DNA of 64,000 bases from Epithemia pelagica. Its lineage: Eukaryota; Protista; Bacillariophyta. Every line of letters starts with the position of its first letter. The stretch's first letter is position 1. This document shows positions 31,185 to 43,184 of this stretch, piece by piece. The stretch is from the NCBI GenBank assembly GCA_946965045.2, contig OX337230.1, forward strand, positions 1,798,001-1,862,000. Reading direction: 5' to 3'. The position numbers and the translations under genes were made by a program. The notes below the pieces were generated by a model that saw only the letters and a program-made list of their open reading frames with translations, was not told the DNA's origin and searched no databases.

Positions 31185-32049
31185 GATTACGATTGGCGTT
31201 AAGATCAGATCTCTTTCGCCCTAACTCGCCAACCCCCCACCAACCCCCAACGTTGACCGATTGACATTATTTTCATCGTCCAGGAGAATAGTGGTAGGGG
31301 TTCACTCTTCACTCGTCTACAGGGCCAAGACCTGTGTTCGAAATTTTTACGAAGATGACATAAACATCTACAAGAGCAATGGAGGTCATCGAAGTCCTAA
31401 AGCCCGTGTTGTTGAGGCGGAGGCAGGTATGGAAGAATAACAATGAAAAGCTAACGACGATGCATTACCGGAATAAAATCAGTTTCATATGGCCTTAATC
31501 AGTAATCCACAGAACTTGGATTGTATCAGAAGCGAAACCATGTTCTATGTGTTTTAACCCCATACTGAAGACTTATCAAGCCTCCTTCAACGTGTGTTCC
31601 CGAAAAAGTTTCACACCTGCGACAGGCAGTTCTCCAATGTCCCAGCAAATCATCGACCTCGCCGTATCGCGAGTAGTCTGCATAATGCGGCACCTGATTC
31701 AACATACGGATACTATCCATCATGACATGACAACGTTGTCAAGCTTACCATCAATCCCAACGAGAACACAGTATCTTATCTCCGGCGTGGTCATGGTTTT
31801 CTTCCATGTTCGGAAAGCCACGAGGCAACTAGACAAGACAGAAATGGATAAGTTTGGGAAAAACTCGAAATCAAACAAGTCGACAAAGATTTCTATCAGC
31901 GAAGGACTTCTGGTCATAGTCTACGGCAAGCAATGAGTTGACCTTCTGAGGGTTGTAATAGCTGGAGTCGCCTGACCACCTACAAGAAGGAGTGAACTCA
32001 AAACAACTGATGTCGCGTCTCCCGTGTCCGTCGCGCGAGTATCAGCGAA

Positions 32050-34409
32050 TCACTGTTGTCGTCGGCGTCCTTTAGCCGTCCTCGCACCAGAGTCCCGAAA
32101 GAGTGCCTCGGCGCGACGTTGTTGTTCCTCCAAAGCGCGACGCTGTTCTTCAAACTCATAGTGTTCAGCAGCCGACTCCTTGGGACGATGAACTCGGAGA
32201 CGATAACTACCTTGAGAATTGTTGGATGGTCCAGCGTTGCCTATCGCACTGGCTTGAGGCACGGAATTTTTCCGAAATGCTCGATAGTCTGGGATGTAAG
32301 CACTGGTAGGAATGGATCTCAACCTTGCTTGAGATTGCCCGCGGGGAGGACCAATCATGCCGGATATCGTTTTCGTGTTTGCACGTGGGAGGACTTCTTC
32401 GAACCCAGCCATTTCGCGAATTTCGTCCGGCGAACGCACAAGGGCACGGCGTTTGCTGCTCTCCTTTGGAGCAACCTCCAACCATCCTGTTGTATCGCTG
32501 AGGACTCTTCTTTGCTTAGCAACACGTTCAATGCGCGGTTGCTCAATTTCTTTACGCTTGTGAGATTCAGCTGATTTTCTTTCGGGACTCTTGTCGTCAT
32601 TCTCAGATTCTAGTTCTACACGATGCTTCACCGAAGATGTTTCCTTGGATCGCTTCAAATTTATTCCAATCTCATCATCACTGTCGTCTTGTGGATCCAT
32701 CACATGACCTGTGAAGTCGTCATCAGCTGGGGCACGAAAACTTGTTTCGACAAATGATGTTCCTGTTTCCGTGCTGATCCCTCGTTTGTCACTAAAACTG
32801 AGATCGTCTCTTTGTATCTGTCCTGGTTGCCCTGTGCTTGAAGCAGCTGTCAACGAATCCCGGTCCTTGCTAATAATGGAATGGTCAACCTCCTTTGGTT
32901 GTCGGTCAACTTTTGCTGGTGATTCCTTTGTGTCTTTATGAGCATGATGTCGTTCTCCATGTTTCTTGTTCATCTGTGACTCATTGGGTGATTTGGTCGT
33001 CATATATTTGTTATGAGGGGGAAGATCGGGCTTTTTGTCATACCCAGCACGTGACCGTAAATTGTCAAAACTGGAATGAATTAGGGTAGAGTTTTGTTGT
33101 GCAATAACCTGAGCAATCGTCTTGACCGAGACCAATGGGATCTGATGTTCTTTGAGCACTGCAGTCAGTTTTCGTCGCGGTATATCCAAGCCGAAGCAAA
33201 ATTTGAGATCCTTTAGTTCTCGTTCGGGCGATTGTGATTCATATAACTTGACAACTTTGGACCCAGCGGCAGCTACAAGCAGCTCGGACTCATCGTCAAC
33301 TTTGTGTCAAAAACCAAAGAGAAGAATAAAATATATGGTTAGATAGAGGCACTCAGAACAACACGGACAAAAAGAGCAAGCCATTTACAACCTTTTGTCG
33401 AAAGAAAGTTGGATCCTCGAAGCAAGTCTCGGTCTGGTGTCAATGCCTTCCAAAATGAGTTCTTGTTGACATTAGCAGCCTCGTGATCTTGGGGATTGGG
33501 CAACGGAAGAGACGGATCCTTTCGTTCTAATAGAGACTCGAAATAAGATGGTGCCACAATGGGAACATGGAGAGACCATGCAGCCAATTGCTTGTACGAA
33601 GGCTCCTGCTTCGGCGTCACTAGCAACCTTACTTTGTCGGCGTCATTGGTACTGTGAATCGAGTTCGTGGACCAGGGAGTTACTTCATGGGCACCGATCC
33701 AGTGCAACTTTTTGAGCCATGGTAGTATTTTCTTGGATCCAAAGCCGCTTCGTACAAATGTCAATGTGTCCAAGCGTGAAATGACAATGGTTGACCCCAG
33801 TTTTCCACATTGAACAATTATTCGGCCATTTGGTAGACTTAGTGGCGATAAGACACGAGTTTGCTCTGTCCCTAATACGTCCAAACGCACTTGATCAACC
33901 ATATCGCTGCCCAGCAATCGAATTGCTGCCTGTGACAGCGCTGCACCAGGAGGTCCAGCGGAACTGACCAATGATGACGTATTCCCCGTCAACGGTCCAG
34001 CATCAACATCATCCATTGTTGCGGCGCTGTCTAAAGTGGCACTATCGTCATCTTTCCCCGGAGATGGTTTCTCTTTCTTGTCGAGTTGTTTTTCTGGCTC
34101 ATGAATCAGTACAGATCCGAGTTTTCCTTGATTCTGCAACACCACAGCTAGATTATGCATCGAATCCACTGCGTCGCTTTGTTCAGGGTTTTGACTTGGA
34201 AATGCTGATTCCGTGGACGAAACAAATCTCAACAAACAGTGATCACGCCGAGACACGGATTTATCGTGCTCAAACCGCACCAAACCTTCCTTTCGACCAA
34301 CGGACAAGCACACGCCTGTCTCTGGATCTGCGGTAGCCAAGCAAATGTGCAGCACTGGTTGTACCGGTTCGTCGCTGCCGGCTGCATATGCTTCCACTTT
34401 TAGCATCAT
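32050..34409 (-). CDS. NBS1: Nibrin/NBS1 homologue (FHA, BRCT, Mre11-binding and ATM-binding motifs); intron near 33391-33302
   Basis: FHA VGRK...SVSRRDH; BRCT LVTP...[18 protein letters not shown]; C-terminal DYRAFRKN (like NFKKFKK) and RRAEALFRD (like ADDLFR). Confidence 0.78.
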
Positions 34410-34817
34410 CTTAGGCAAGTATGGATGATGAAGGATGAAGGATATGATGTTCCGTCCACACCAATGCGGCCAGCGATCGCGAGAATTGCATCCAACATCC
34501 ATCAGACGCTTTTAGGTCGCTCTAGGAGAAAGAGCAATTCAAAAATTCACGAAATTCCTGAGCTTTTCGATCATTTTGGTTATAGAATCTATTCGAAATT
34601 TTGGACATATCAAACCGCTGAGAATTCAGAGGATCTTTTCCAATTGCATTCCGATTTCCAATCCGCCACCAAACCACCATCTGGCTGTTTCTCTGTCTCT
34701 GTCGAGACTGCGCTGTTGTTGCGGCGAAGAACGAAGAGAATCAAGGCAAAAGACCCAGAAGTCAACGGTAAACACTACGGTAGGTCAGATTCAGTTTCCA
34801 GTTACCCCATTGCTCTG

Positions 34818-36942
34818 ATGCTGTCATCTGTATGGAGAAAAGCCTTGCCGCAGGTGCATCGTTTGCCGACAGGCACTGCCAACGCCGCACGATGTTTGTC
34901 GTCCAAGGTGACGGGCGACTACACGGTCGTTGATCACGAATACGACGCGGTCGTGGTGGGTGCCGGTGGCTCTGGATTACGTGCTGCCATGGGCTTGTCA
35001 GAAGCAGGATTCAAAACGGCTTGTGTTACCAAGCTCTTCCCCACACGGTCTCATACGGTTGCCGCACAAGGTGGAATCAATGCGGCATTGGGGAACATGT
35101 CCAAAGATGATTGGCGATGGCACATGTACGATACCGTCAAAGGGTCTGATTGGCTAGGCGATCAAGGTACGACAGCACTTGCGTAGCGTTGTGTCCTCAT
35201 TTTCGAACATACACAGGAAGTGGAAAATATTCTTGCAGGATTCGTACTTATGATTTTTCACGCAACACAATTTTGATAGATGCGATTCATTACATGTGTC
35301 GTGAAGCGCCGAAAGCAGTTCTGGAATTGGAAGAGTTTGGAATGCCTTTCTCACGCACGGAAGATGGCAAAATTTATCAACGTGCGTTCGGAGGCCAGTC
35401 TTTGGAATTCGGAAAGGGTGGACAAGCCCATCGCTGTGCAGCTGCAGCCGATCGAACGGGACATGCCATGCTTCACACACTGTATGGTCGTTCGCTTGCC
35501 TTTGATACAACATACTTTATCGAATACTTTGCTCTAGACTTGATTATGAGCGATGAAGGTGAATGCGTGGGAGTCATGGCTCTCAACATGGAAGATGGAA
35601 CGATTCATCGCATTCGTGCCAAGAACACGGTTTTGGCAACCGGTGGATATGGTAGAGCATACTTTTCATGCACATCCGCTCACACGTGCACAGGAGATGG
35701 TAACGCCATGGCGTTCCGAGTTGGATTGTCCAATCAAGACAATGAGTTTGTTCAATTTCATCCAACTGGAATCTATGGTGCAGGCTGTCTCATGACAGAA
35801 GGGTGTCGTGGAGAAGGTGGAATGCTGAGGAACAGCGAAGGAGAACGATTCATGGAGCGCTATGCTCCCAATGCCAAAGACTTGGCCTCGCGTGATGTCG
35901 TTAGTCGAGCAATGACCATGGAAATCCGAGAAGGTCGCGGTGTTGGCCCAAAGAAGGACCATGTAAGTGTAACATTGAAAATCGCCTTTCTTCTTATTAT
36001 CTCCATGGATCACCTCACTGAAGATGTTTGGGGATCCCCTATTTATCTCATCACTCCTCTCTGTTCTGGACGTAGATTTACCTCCATCTTGACCACCTAC
36101 CTGCTGACTTGCTAGCTGAACGGTTACCTGGTATCAGTGAAACAGCCGCCATCTTTGCTGGGGTGGACGTTACCAAAGAGCCCATTCCAGTCTTGCCGAC
36201 TGTTCACTACAACATGGGCGGAATTCCAACAAATCACTTTGGTGAAGTTATTCGTACCAAATTTGACGCGGCTGGTAGTTTCTCCTCTGACGAAGTTGTC
36301 CCTGGATTGTTCGCTGCCGGTGAGGCTGCCTGTGCGTCTGTTCACGGAGCCAATCGTCTCGGGGCCAATTCCTTGTTGGACATTGTTGTGTTTGGGCGGG
36401 CCTGTGCGTTGCGCATTGCTGACATTGCAAAACCAGGGGACAAACAAGTGGATCTCTCGTCGGACGCTGGATTTGGAAGTATTGAAGATCTCGATCACTT
36501 GCGATTCAAGACCGGTTCTCTGTCCACGTCTGAGGTTCGAAGCGATATGCAAAATGTTATGCAAAAGAATGCCGCAGTGTACCGCACATCCGAACTCTTG
36601 TCGGAGGGCAAAACAGAAATCGACCGAGTGGTTGACAGTTTTGATGACGTTGAAGTTACAGACAAATCTTTGGTGTGGAATACGGATTTGATCGAAACGC
36701 TTGAACTGCGAAACTTGCTTTCCTGTGCCAGCTCTACTATGCACGGAGCAGAAAATCGTAAAGAAAGTCGTGGTGCCCACGCGCACGAAGACTATCCTAC
36801 GCGAAATGACGAAGAATGGATGAAGCATACATTGGCTTATTTCGATGGGAAACGCACTAGTCTCGCCTACCGACCTGTCCATGACTTTACCCTTGATAAG
36901 AGCGAATGTGAACCAGTTCCACCCATGGCACGTGTCTATTGA
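34818..36942 (+). CDS. SDH1: Mitochondrial succinate dehydrogenase flavoprotein subunit; introns 35167-35279 and 35963-36075
   Basis: Motifs [61 protein letters not shown]; N-terminal transit peptide. Confidence 0.97.
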
Positions 36943-37874
36943 GGTGGAAAGATGTTGTTGGTGGAGATTCAACGGTAAGGTTTGTTTATAGGAGTAGCAC
37001 TCGGAGAACTGAGTCGATGATGGCTTTAAAATAGAGATGTAGTCTGTCGAATTTAACTACCCTCAGCGACTCACCATACCCTCGCCTTCGTGGTGCATTG
37101 CGGGTCTACCATCTCGGAAACCCTTTCGAGCTTCAGTTGACCATGCCTTTGTTGACTTTTCATTCAAACCTAATTTATGGCATCACCAGAATTAAAGATG
37201 CAAGAGTTTAAATTTCTCTGAGAAGACTTTTTCTGTTGGTGCAATGTGAAGGACGTTGATCGATGAGACATATTATTATGTGATGATTGATGATCCTGAA
37301 TGACGACATCATGCAGCATGCAGCATCACTCCTCTCTCCTCTTTAAACTGGTTAGTAGGTCGTGGTTATTGTCTATGTCTAATGTCCCGTTGGTTGTGCC
37401 CTTTGCTTTTATGCCAGTTGTCATTGTTTTTTATCCTCTTGTTCTTGGTCTTTTTTGGCCCTCGTACCTCGTAGCCGTACCAACAACCTACACATTCCAC
37501 AATGCATCTTAGCCCCCTCGGACAATCAACCCCACATGTCATGACCATGTACAGATGATGGATACGAGTTAGCTGTGCACGATGATGATACCTCTCCCAT
37601 GATTCATGATGCATGATTGTCGTGAGTCATGAGGATCATCCGCCTGTCATAAAAAAATAAAAAATACACTCCTACAACACTACTCCTTGGTGGCCCTTTA
37701 GAGGTTTAGGCCTTTTCGAGATATGGCCGCGCTAGAGAATTCCTTGTGTTGCTCCGATGCTTTTGAGATCTCTCGGCAGCTAGGGTGTATCATGGGGGCA
37801 ATACTGCTGTCATTGGTTCGCGATTACGTCCATCTGTTTCCGAACACGGCATTGTCGCATGGACCATCCAAAAT

Positions 37875-39285
37875 CCCTCGGTATCAGTGTCCACTGCTTA
37901 GCTGTTTTTTGTCTGTGCCACCTTCATAGGTTCCCAAGTGGACACAGACAGAAAATTTCCTTTTTGACGCAAATGGAAATGACTAAATTGCAAATTGGCA
38001 CGCATACCCAGCTGGAGTTTTCGCAGTTCATGAAACTGACGCATGCCCAGCAAGTGGCCCTGCGTGGATGACGGTTGCAGAATGCGCCATCCAAATTCCA
38101 AATCCCCCATAAAATCACACAGAGGCCATCACCCACAATGGCATGGCATGAATTGTCGCCTTTCATGCAGTTGAGGTAAGTTTGAACGTACAAAAATGTC
38201 TCCATGACAACAACAGCTCTTGAACTATCATTCTAACTTCTCCCTCACACTTGTATTCGTTTTTCTCTTCTGATATTCAACATTCGAGAACTGTCTCTCT
38301 CTCTCTGTCCACTTCATTGAGAGTGAATGTTTGTGCCTATGGAATATGGAATGTCAATTCTCCATTCGAGCCTCGGCTTAAAATTGGAGACCACATAGAG
38401 CTTCTTTCTTTGTATACTACTCCTAGGAGTTTCTATCAGAAGTTTATTTCTAATCTTTCATTGATTTTGTAAGATCGTGCGTGTTATTGCCGTGCTTTCA
38501 ACCACCATGACACTCTGGTGAAGGTTTGGGGCCATCTTGAAGCAACTGATCGACTCTGTGATCTACGAAGACTAGTTTGAGTAGGCCTAGTGGCAACAAG
38601 CTGCCTTAGTTTGTTGTCATCTCTAGGTCTATGTACTTGAGTATCCGACACACAAAGAAAGGTTCTTGATCTGTGATCGACATGGAGATGGACTAGGCGA
38701 AGCACAATGATGAGAGTAAAAATCCATGCTACAAAGATAAGAACACAACCAACAATCAAGGAGCACTACGATTAGAGCAAGGAAAAGTTGTGGCAAACGG
38801 CCTACAATGACTTGTCCTCCGTTTGATTGCGACAAAATCAAAGGAGCACCAACCATCAGCATTAACAGGGACAAAGATTAATGAGATAACGTGTGAGAAA
38901 ACTACGCAGGACATGAAAGAAGCTAAGAGACAAACAACAAGCAACAAGAGAGAAAAACCAACCAAAATACTGCTTCAGGTCGCAAGGATTCATAAAGAGC
39001 TCGCTTCATGGTCAATGTCGAATGTCGATGCTTTTGACACTGCGTGAGATTTTTGTGACGAGACGAGAGTCGTGTGAAAGGATTCCAAATTTGAATCGTG
39101 GTCACGGTCACAGGAAGATGCTAACCGCCAACTGTCACTTGCACGCCGGCATTTTCACCAGCACGAGGAACTATATTGGTGAAAAGGACAGACGAAAAGT
39201 GAAATTTTCTGTCTGTGTCCACTTGGGAACCTATGAAGCTGGCACAGACAAAAAACAGCTAAGCAGTGGACACTGATACCGAGGG
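37875..39285. mobile_element. Non-autonomous long-TIR element, copy 2
   Basis: Same TIRs and collinear interior as 28685-30081. Confidence 0.9.
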
Positions 39286-39668
39286 ATATGATATCTTTTT
39301 TCTAGTAGGAGTCGTACGCTGTTTTCCGTTTGGTGGGTCAAATAGGAGAACAGTTTAGAAGTCGGTACCGGATCACAAAAGAAAGACGCGGCCCATTGCT
39401 CAACGCGTGACCGTCTGTACATCCATACGTCTACCATCTCGCGAAATCGAGGCGCGCAGCGCAATTTTCGCGCGACAAACCGAAAGCGGACATTGTTCAT
39501 TAATCGCGATACGGTGACTCAGAAAAAATTGAAGACCCACAACAAAATTAAAAGCGGAATCACGTCAAACCCGCACTTCCATTCTTACTTCTTACTTGTT
39601 GATACCACCAAAAGACCATCGACTATTGACCGTAACCTTTCTCCAAATTACAATCAGGGTACATAACC

Positions 39669-41198
39669 ATGGCTCCAAACAGAATGACCAACGATCCATC
39701 GCAGGACGTTCCCATATTTCTTAGAAGTAAGTCTGTGAGGGCTCACCATGATGATGGTGCAGTCGCTTTCTTTCGTGAAACCGTAGGTTTAGTACTGGTT
39801 TCTACGGTTTCACGATACCCGTACGCGTATGGGTCCAACTCCAATGTCGTTTTGCGGAGATGTCATCGTCGTTCTTGTCCTCGAGATTAATGCCTATCAT
39901 ATACTCACATGATGCCTCTCTTTCCATTACTCTCCACGAACAGAAACCTACCATATGATTGATTCCTGTGATCCCTCGATCGCTTGCTGGTCCGAGGATG
40001 GTGAGACCTTTGTCGTGAAAGATCCCGAGAAGTTCGAGAGCACCATCATTCCTCAGTTTTTCAAGCATTCGAAGTTTAGCAGCTTCGTTCGGGTAAGTGC
40101 TGTAAAAGCGATTATTTGTCGCAGAACGTGGACTATGCGCTGTTGTTGGGCATGCAATTCAAGACATTTCTGACATTTGACCTCTCCTATCGGTTTCCGC
40201 CTTGCGTGCAGCAACTTAATTTCTATTCCTTTCGCAAGATCAAGTACGTAGATACTATCAGAATTGATCCAAAACTGGAAGCAGAAACAGCGAACTACTG
40301 GAGATTTCGCCACGAAAATTTCCGTAGGGGGCGACCGGATCTTTTGACTGAGATAAAGCGAATGAACGGACAAAAAGGAGTCGAAAAGAAGGAAGAGAAA
40401 GCTCCCGAAAGTAAAGTCGTCAATGCCGAAGTTGTTGCACTGAAAAAGCGCATTGATGAAATGACGAAGAATATTGATGCGCTTACTGCAATGGTAGCAA
40501 AAGTAAATCTGAAACAGGAGCAACAAGAAGTTGCCGAGGCATCTGCTTCTTTCGGAGCGAAGAGAAAGAAAGCTGAACCTGAAATGGTCAGCACATCGGA
40601 AATTAAACCAGATGAAATGATGAGCAACGTTGAAATGGAAGAGTTTGCCTCATTGCCACTTCCTGACCCAGTTCCTCTTTCCAACCCCGAAGTGCCTCCA
40701 GTACCAGTGACATCATCAATGGCTCGAGAAACATCGGAGGGGGAGGTTTCGGATACGGACTTCGTTAATCAACTCTTCACGGCGTTCGAAGAGGGTGATG
40801 ATGGATTCCTGCCGTTAGAGGGTGATTCTCAAACATCTCAAGTACCGCCGAATTCATCCAATCCAGATCCTGAACTAATGCGTCGATTGGGCGACGCGTT
40901 GGCTGTTCTACCACGGGGTGTACAGGAGATGATTGTTGAGCGACTGATTAAGTCAATTACAAGTACCGATTTTGTTGAGAGCTGCGTTCAACAAGCTGCG
41001 ACGGTGGAGGATATTGCTGATTCTTCAGTAGTTTCTCACACCGAGGAAGCGACTATTTGCGATAAGAGTGTTGTCAATGCTGTCCCATTGGCTGCGGCCA
41101 CTTTCGCAGCCTTACTTCAACACTACACCACTCAAGTTCAAGGGAAGAACGTCAAGAACATTTCGAAAACGCTGCCAATCATTCCGGCCCATGCGTAA
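39669..41198 (+). CDS. HSF: Heat shock transcription factor; introns near 39727-39942 and 40093-40210
   Basis: Spliced DNA-binding domain PIFLRKTYHMI...W..DG.TFVV...IPQFFKHSKFSSFVRQLNFYSFRK...F.HENFRRG, followed by a coiled-coil. Confidence 0.93.
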
Positions 41199-41872
41199 AG
41201 TAAGACGCTTTGAGTTTTCAGTTTGCCATATCAGATCATCAAACCATGTTAGAAAAAGTCACAAAAAACGCCTTTCGCAGTCGCGATATGCCACGCATCT
41301 TTCAGCAAGATACCTTGTTCCCTCGACCTCTTCTTACGACGCTTTCACCTTTCAGAAACAAGCAGTTTACATGATATCTCACGGCGATAATTCTAGTTCT
41401 TGATCTTTACTGAAACTAAACATTTTCATAAAAGTATTCTTCTTCGCTACGCCGTACTCTTCCATAGAATTCGGGCACACCGTTGCGGCGGGGACTTGTG
41501 TCGATTTTCCAGCGACGTGAAAGCACATGCAATTCCTCCTGAATGAATTAATCCATAAGCTGTTCTTATTGCGATGTATCCGTATCTACTTCATACCAAA
41601 CCGTTAGTCATTGTTGGATCACAATAGCGGCACATACGCGACGACGTTCTCGACATTTACTCCATTGTACTTCTACTCCTAGGAGTACAAGAGGTCTGCT
41701 TCTACGAGTATAGATAGCTACCTGTACTATAAGCTACTGTCTGCCCTACGACGGTTGGGTAGTGGACAGAAGAACAAAACAAGAAGCAAATGCTGCTGGG
41801 TCCGTTTCCTTTTCGACCCACAAATATATCTCTTGCGATCGCTTTGTCGCAATTAGACGTTTGTTAGAAGTC

Positions 41873-42973
41873 ATGGAAGGGGCTGAGCAAGCTACAGGAG
41901 ATGTTGCGGAACGTGTTGTCCCAGCGCCAGAGTCGATGGACAGCACGGATACCATTGAAAGCAACAGTGGATGCAACACACCTTCTCAGGGTAACCCAAG
42001 CGTTAAACCAGCATTGAAAAAGGATGACATGGTCAATGAAAAGAAGGATCGACATCTAAAATGGGATGAGAAAGCAATTGAAGAGCATGACCTGCTCCGT
42101 GGAACTCGAATGAAAATTGATGAACCAAATACACCGTATGCTCAGTACGATTCTGGGGCTGAGAGCGATAGTTCAAGAGCGAAATCTCCAGCACAACAAA
42201 GGGTAACGTTGAGTTGGGATGTACTTCAGACAAAACTGGACAGTGTTGCCGCAGTTAGATTGGCCTATCCCAGCAGTCCTGGATCCTCTCATGCCGGTGA
42301 CCAATCTGATGTTGAAGAAGAACGGAGGAAAGAAATGCGTCGTCTGGAATTCAAAGAGCACAGAAAGCGCCATTACAACGAGATGGAATTAGTGCGCAAG
42401 TTTCAACTTGAGAACGAGGATGATGATGATGATGAGAATCTTGGAAGTGTTAGTGGATCAAACACTCCTTCTAGCTACAAACCTAAACCAGCTTTGAAGA
42501 AAGATGATGATATGGTAAATGAAAAGAAAGACCGGCATTTGAAATGGGACGAAAAAGCCATCGAAGAGCATGACCAGCTACGGGGAACTCGCATGAAAAT
42601 TGATGAACCGAAGACTCCATTTGCTCAGTACGATTCCGGCGCTGAAAGTGATAGCAGTGCACGGGCCAAGTCTCCAGCCCAACAAAGAGTGACACTAAGC
42701 TGGGATGTTCTTCAAACAAAGCTAGATAGCGTGGCGGCAGTCCGTTCTGCCTATCCCAGTAGTCCGGGTTCGTCACACGCAGGTGAAGCCGACCAATCCG
42801 ATCCTGAACAAGAATGGAAAAAAGAAGAGCGTCGATTGGAATTCAGAGAGCACAGAAAACGTCATTACAATGAGATGGAGTTAGTACGGAGATTTCGGCA
42901 GGAGCACGCAGATGATGACGATGATGAGGACGACGATGGAGATGCGGATGTCGAAGATGCTAACGAGGAGTAG
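41873..42973 (+). CDS. Protein phosphatase 1 inhibitor-2 (IPP-2) with two tandem modules
   Basis: Two copies of KPALKK, HLKWDE, MKIDEP.TP, F.EHRKRHYNEM. Confidence 0.88.
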   Translation: MEGAEQATGDVAERVVPAPESMDSTDTIESNSGCNTPSQGNPSVKPALKKDDMVNEKKDRHLKWDEKAIEEHDLLRGTRMKIDEPNTPYAQYDSGAESDSSRAKSPAQQRVTLSWDVLQTKLDSVAAVRLAYPSSPGSSHAGDQSDVEEERRKEMRRLEFKEHRKRHYNEMELVRKFQLENEDDDDDENLGSVSGSNTPSSYKPKPALKKDDDMVNEKKDRHLKWDEKAIEEHDQLRGTRMKIDEPKTPFAQYDSGAESDSSARAKSPAQQRVTLSWDVLQTKLDSVAAVRSAYPSSPGSSHAGEADQSDPEQEWKKEERRLEFREHRKRHYNEMELVRRFRQEHADDDDDEDDDGDADVEDANEE

Positions 42974-43184
42974 TAGTCTACAAATGTGATGAGAAACCTC
43001 CCTACTCGACAAGCAGCCGGCTATCAGTGCTTGTAGAAAAGGATTGAAAGGCGTTTGTCGCGAGAAACAATCCTAAATAGCCTGTTTTAATAACATGGTA
43101 TAGAGATGACAAAAATCTGAAGGTTCTTTGAGGGAGTACACGTACGTGCATGACCACAATGGTTGTGTGCAGTTCTTGCCGTCA

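Noticed and set aside
31526-31936. Short ORFs on both strands downstream of NBS1
   Set aside because: Under 130 aa with no recognisable motifs or splice model; cannot be supported as a gene.
36124-36972. 282-aa antisense ORF and other long antisense ORFs over SDH1, gag, pol and Myb
   Set aside because: These are shadow ORFs opposite well-supported genes.
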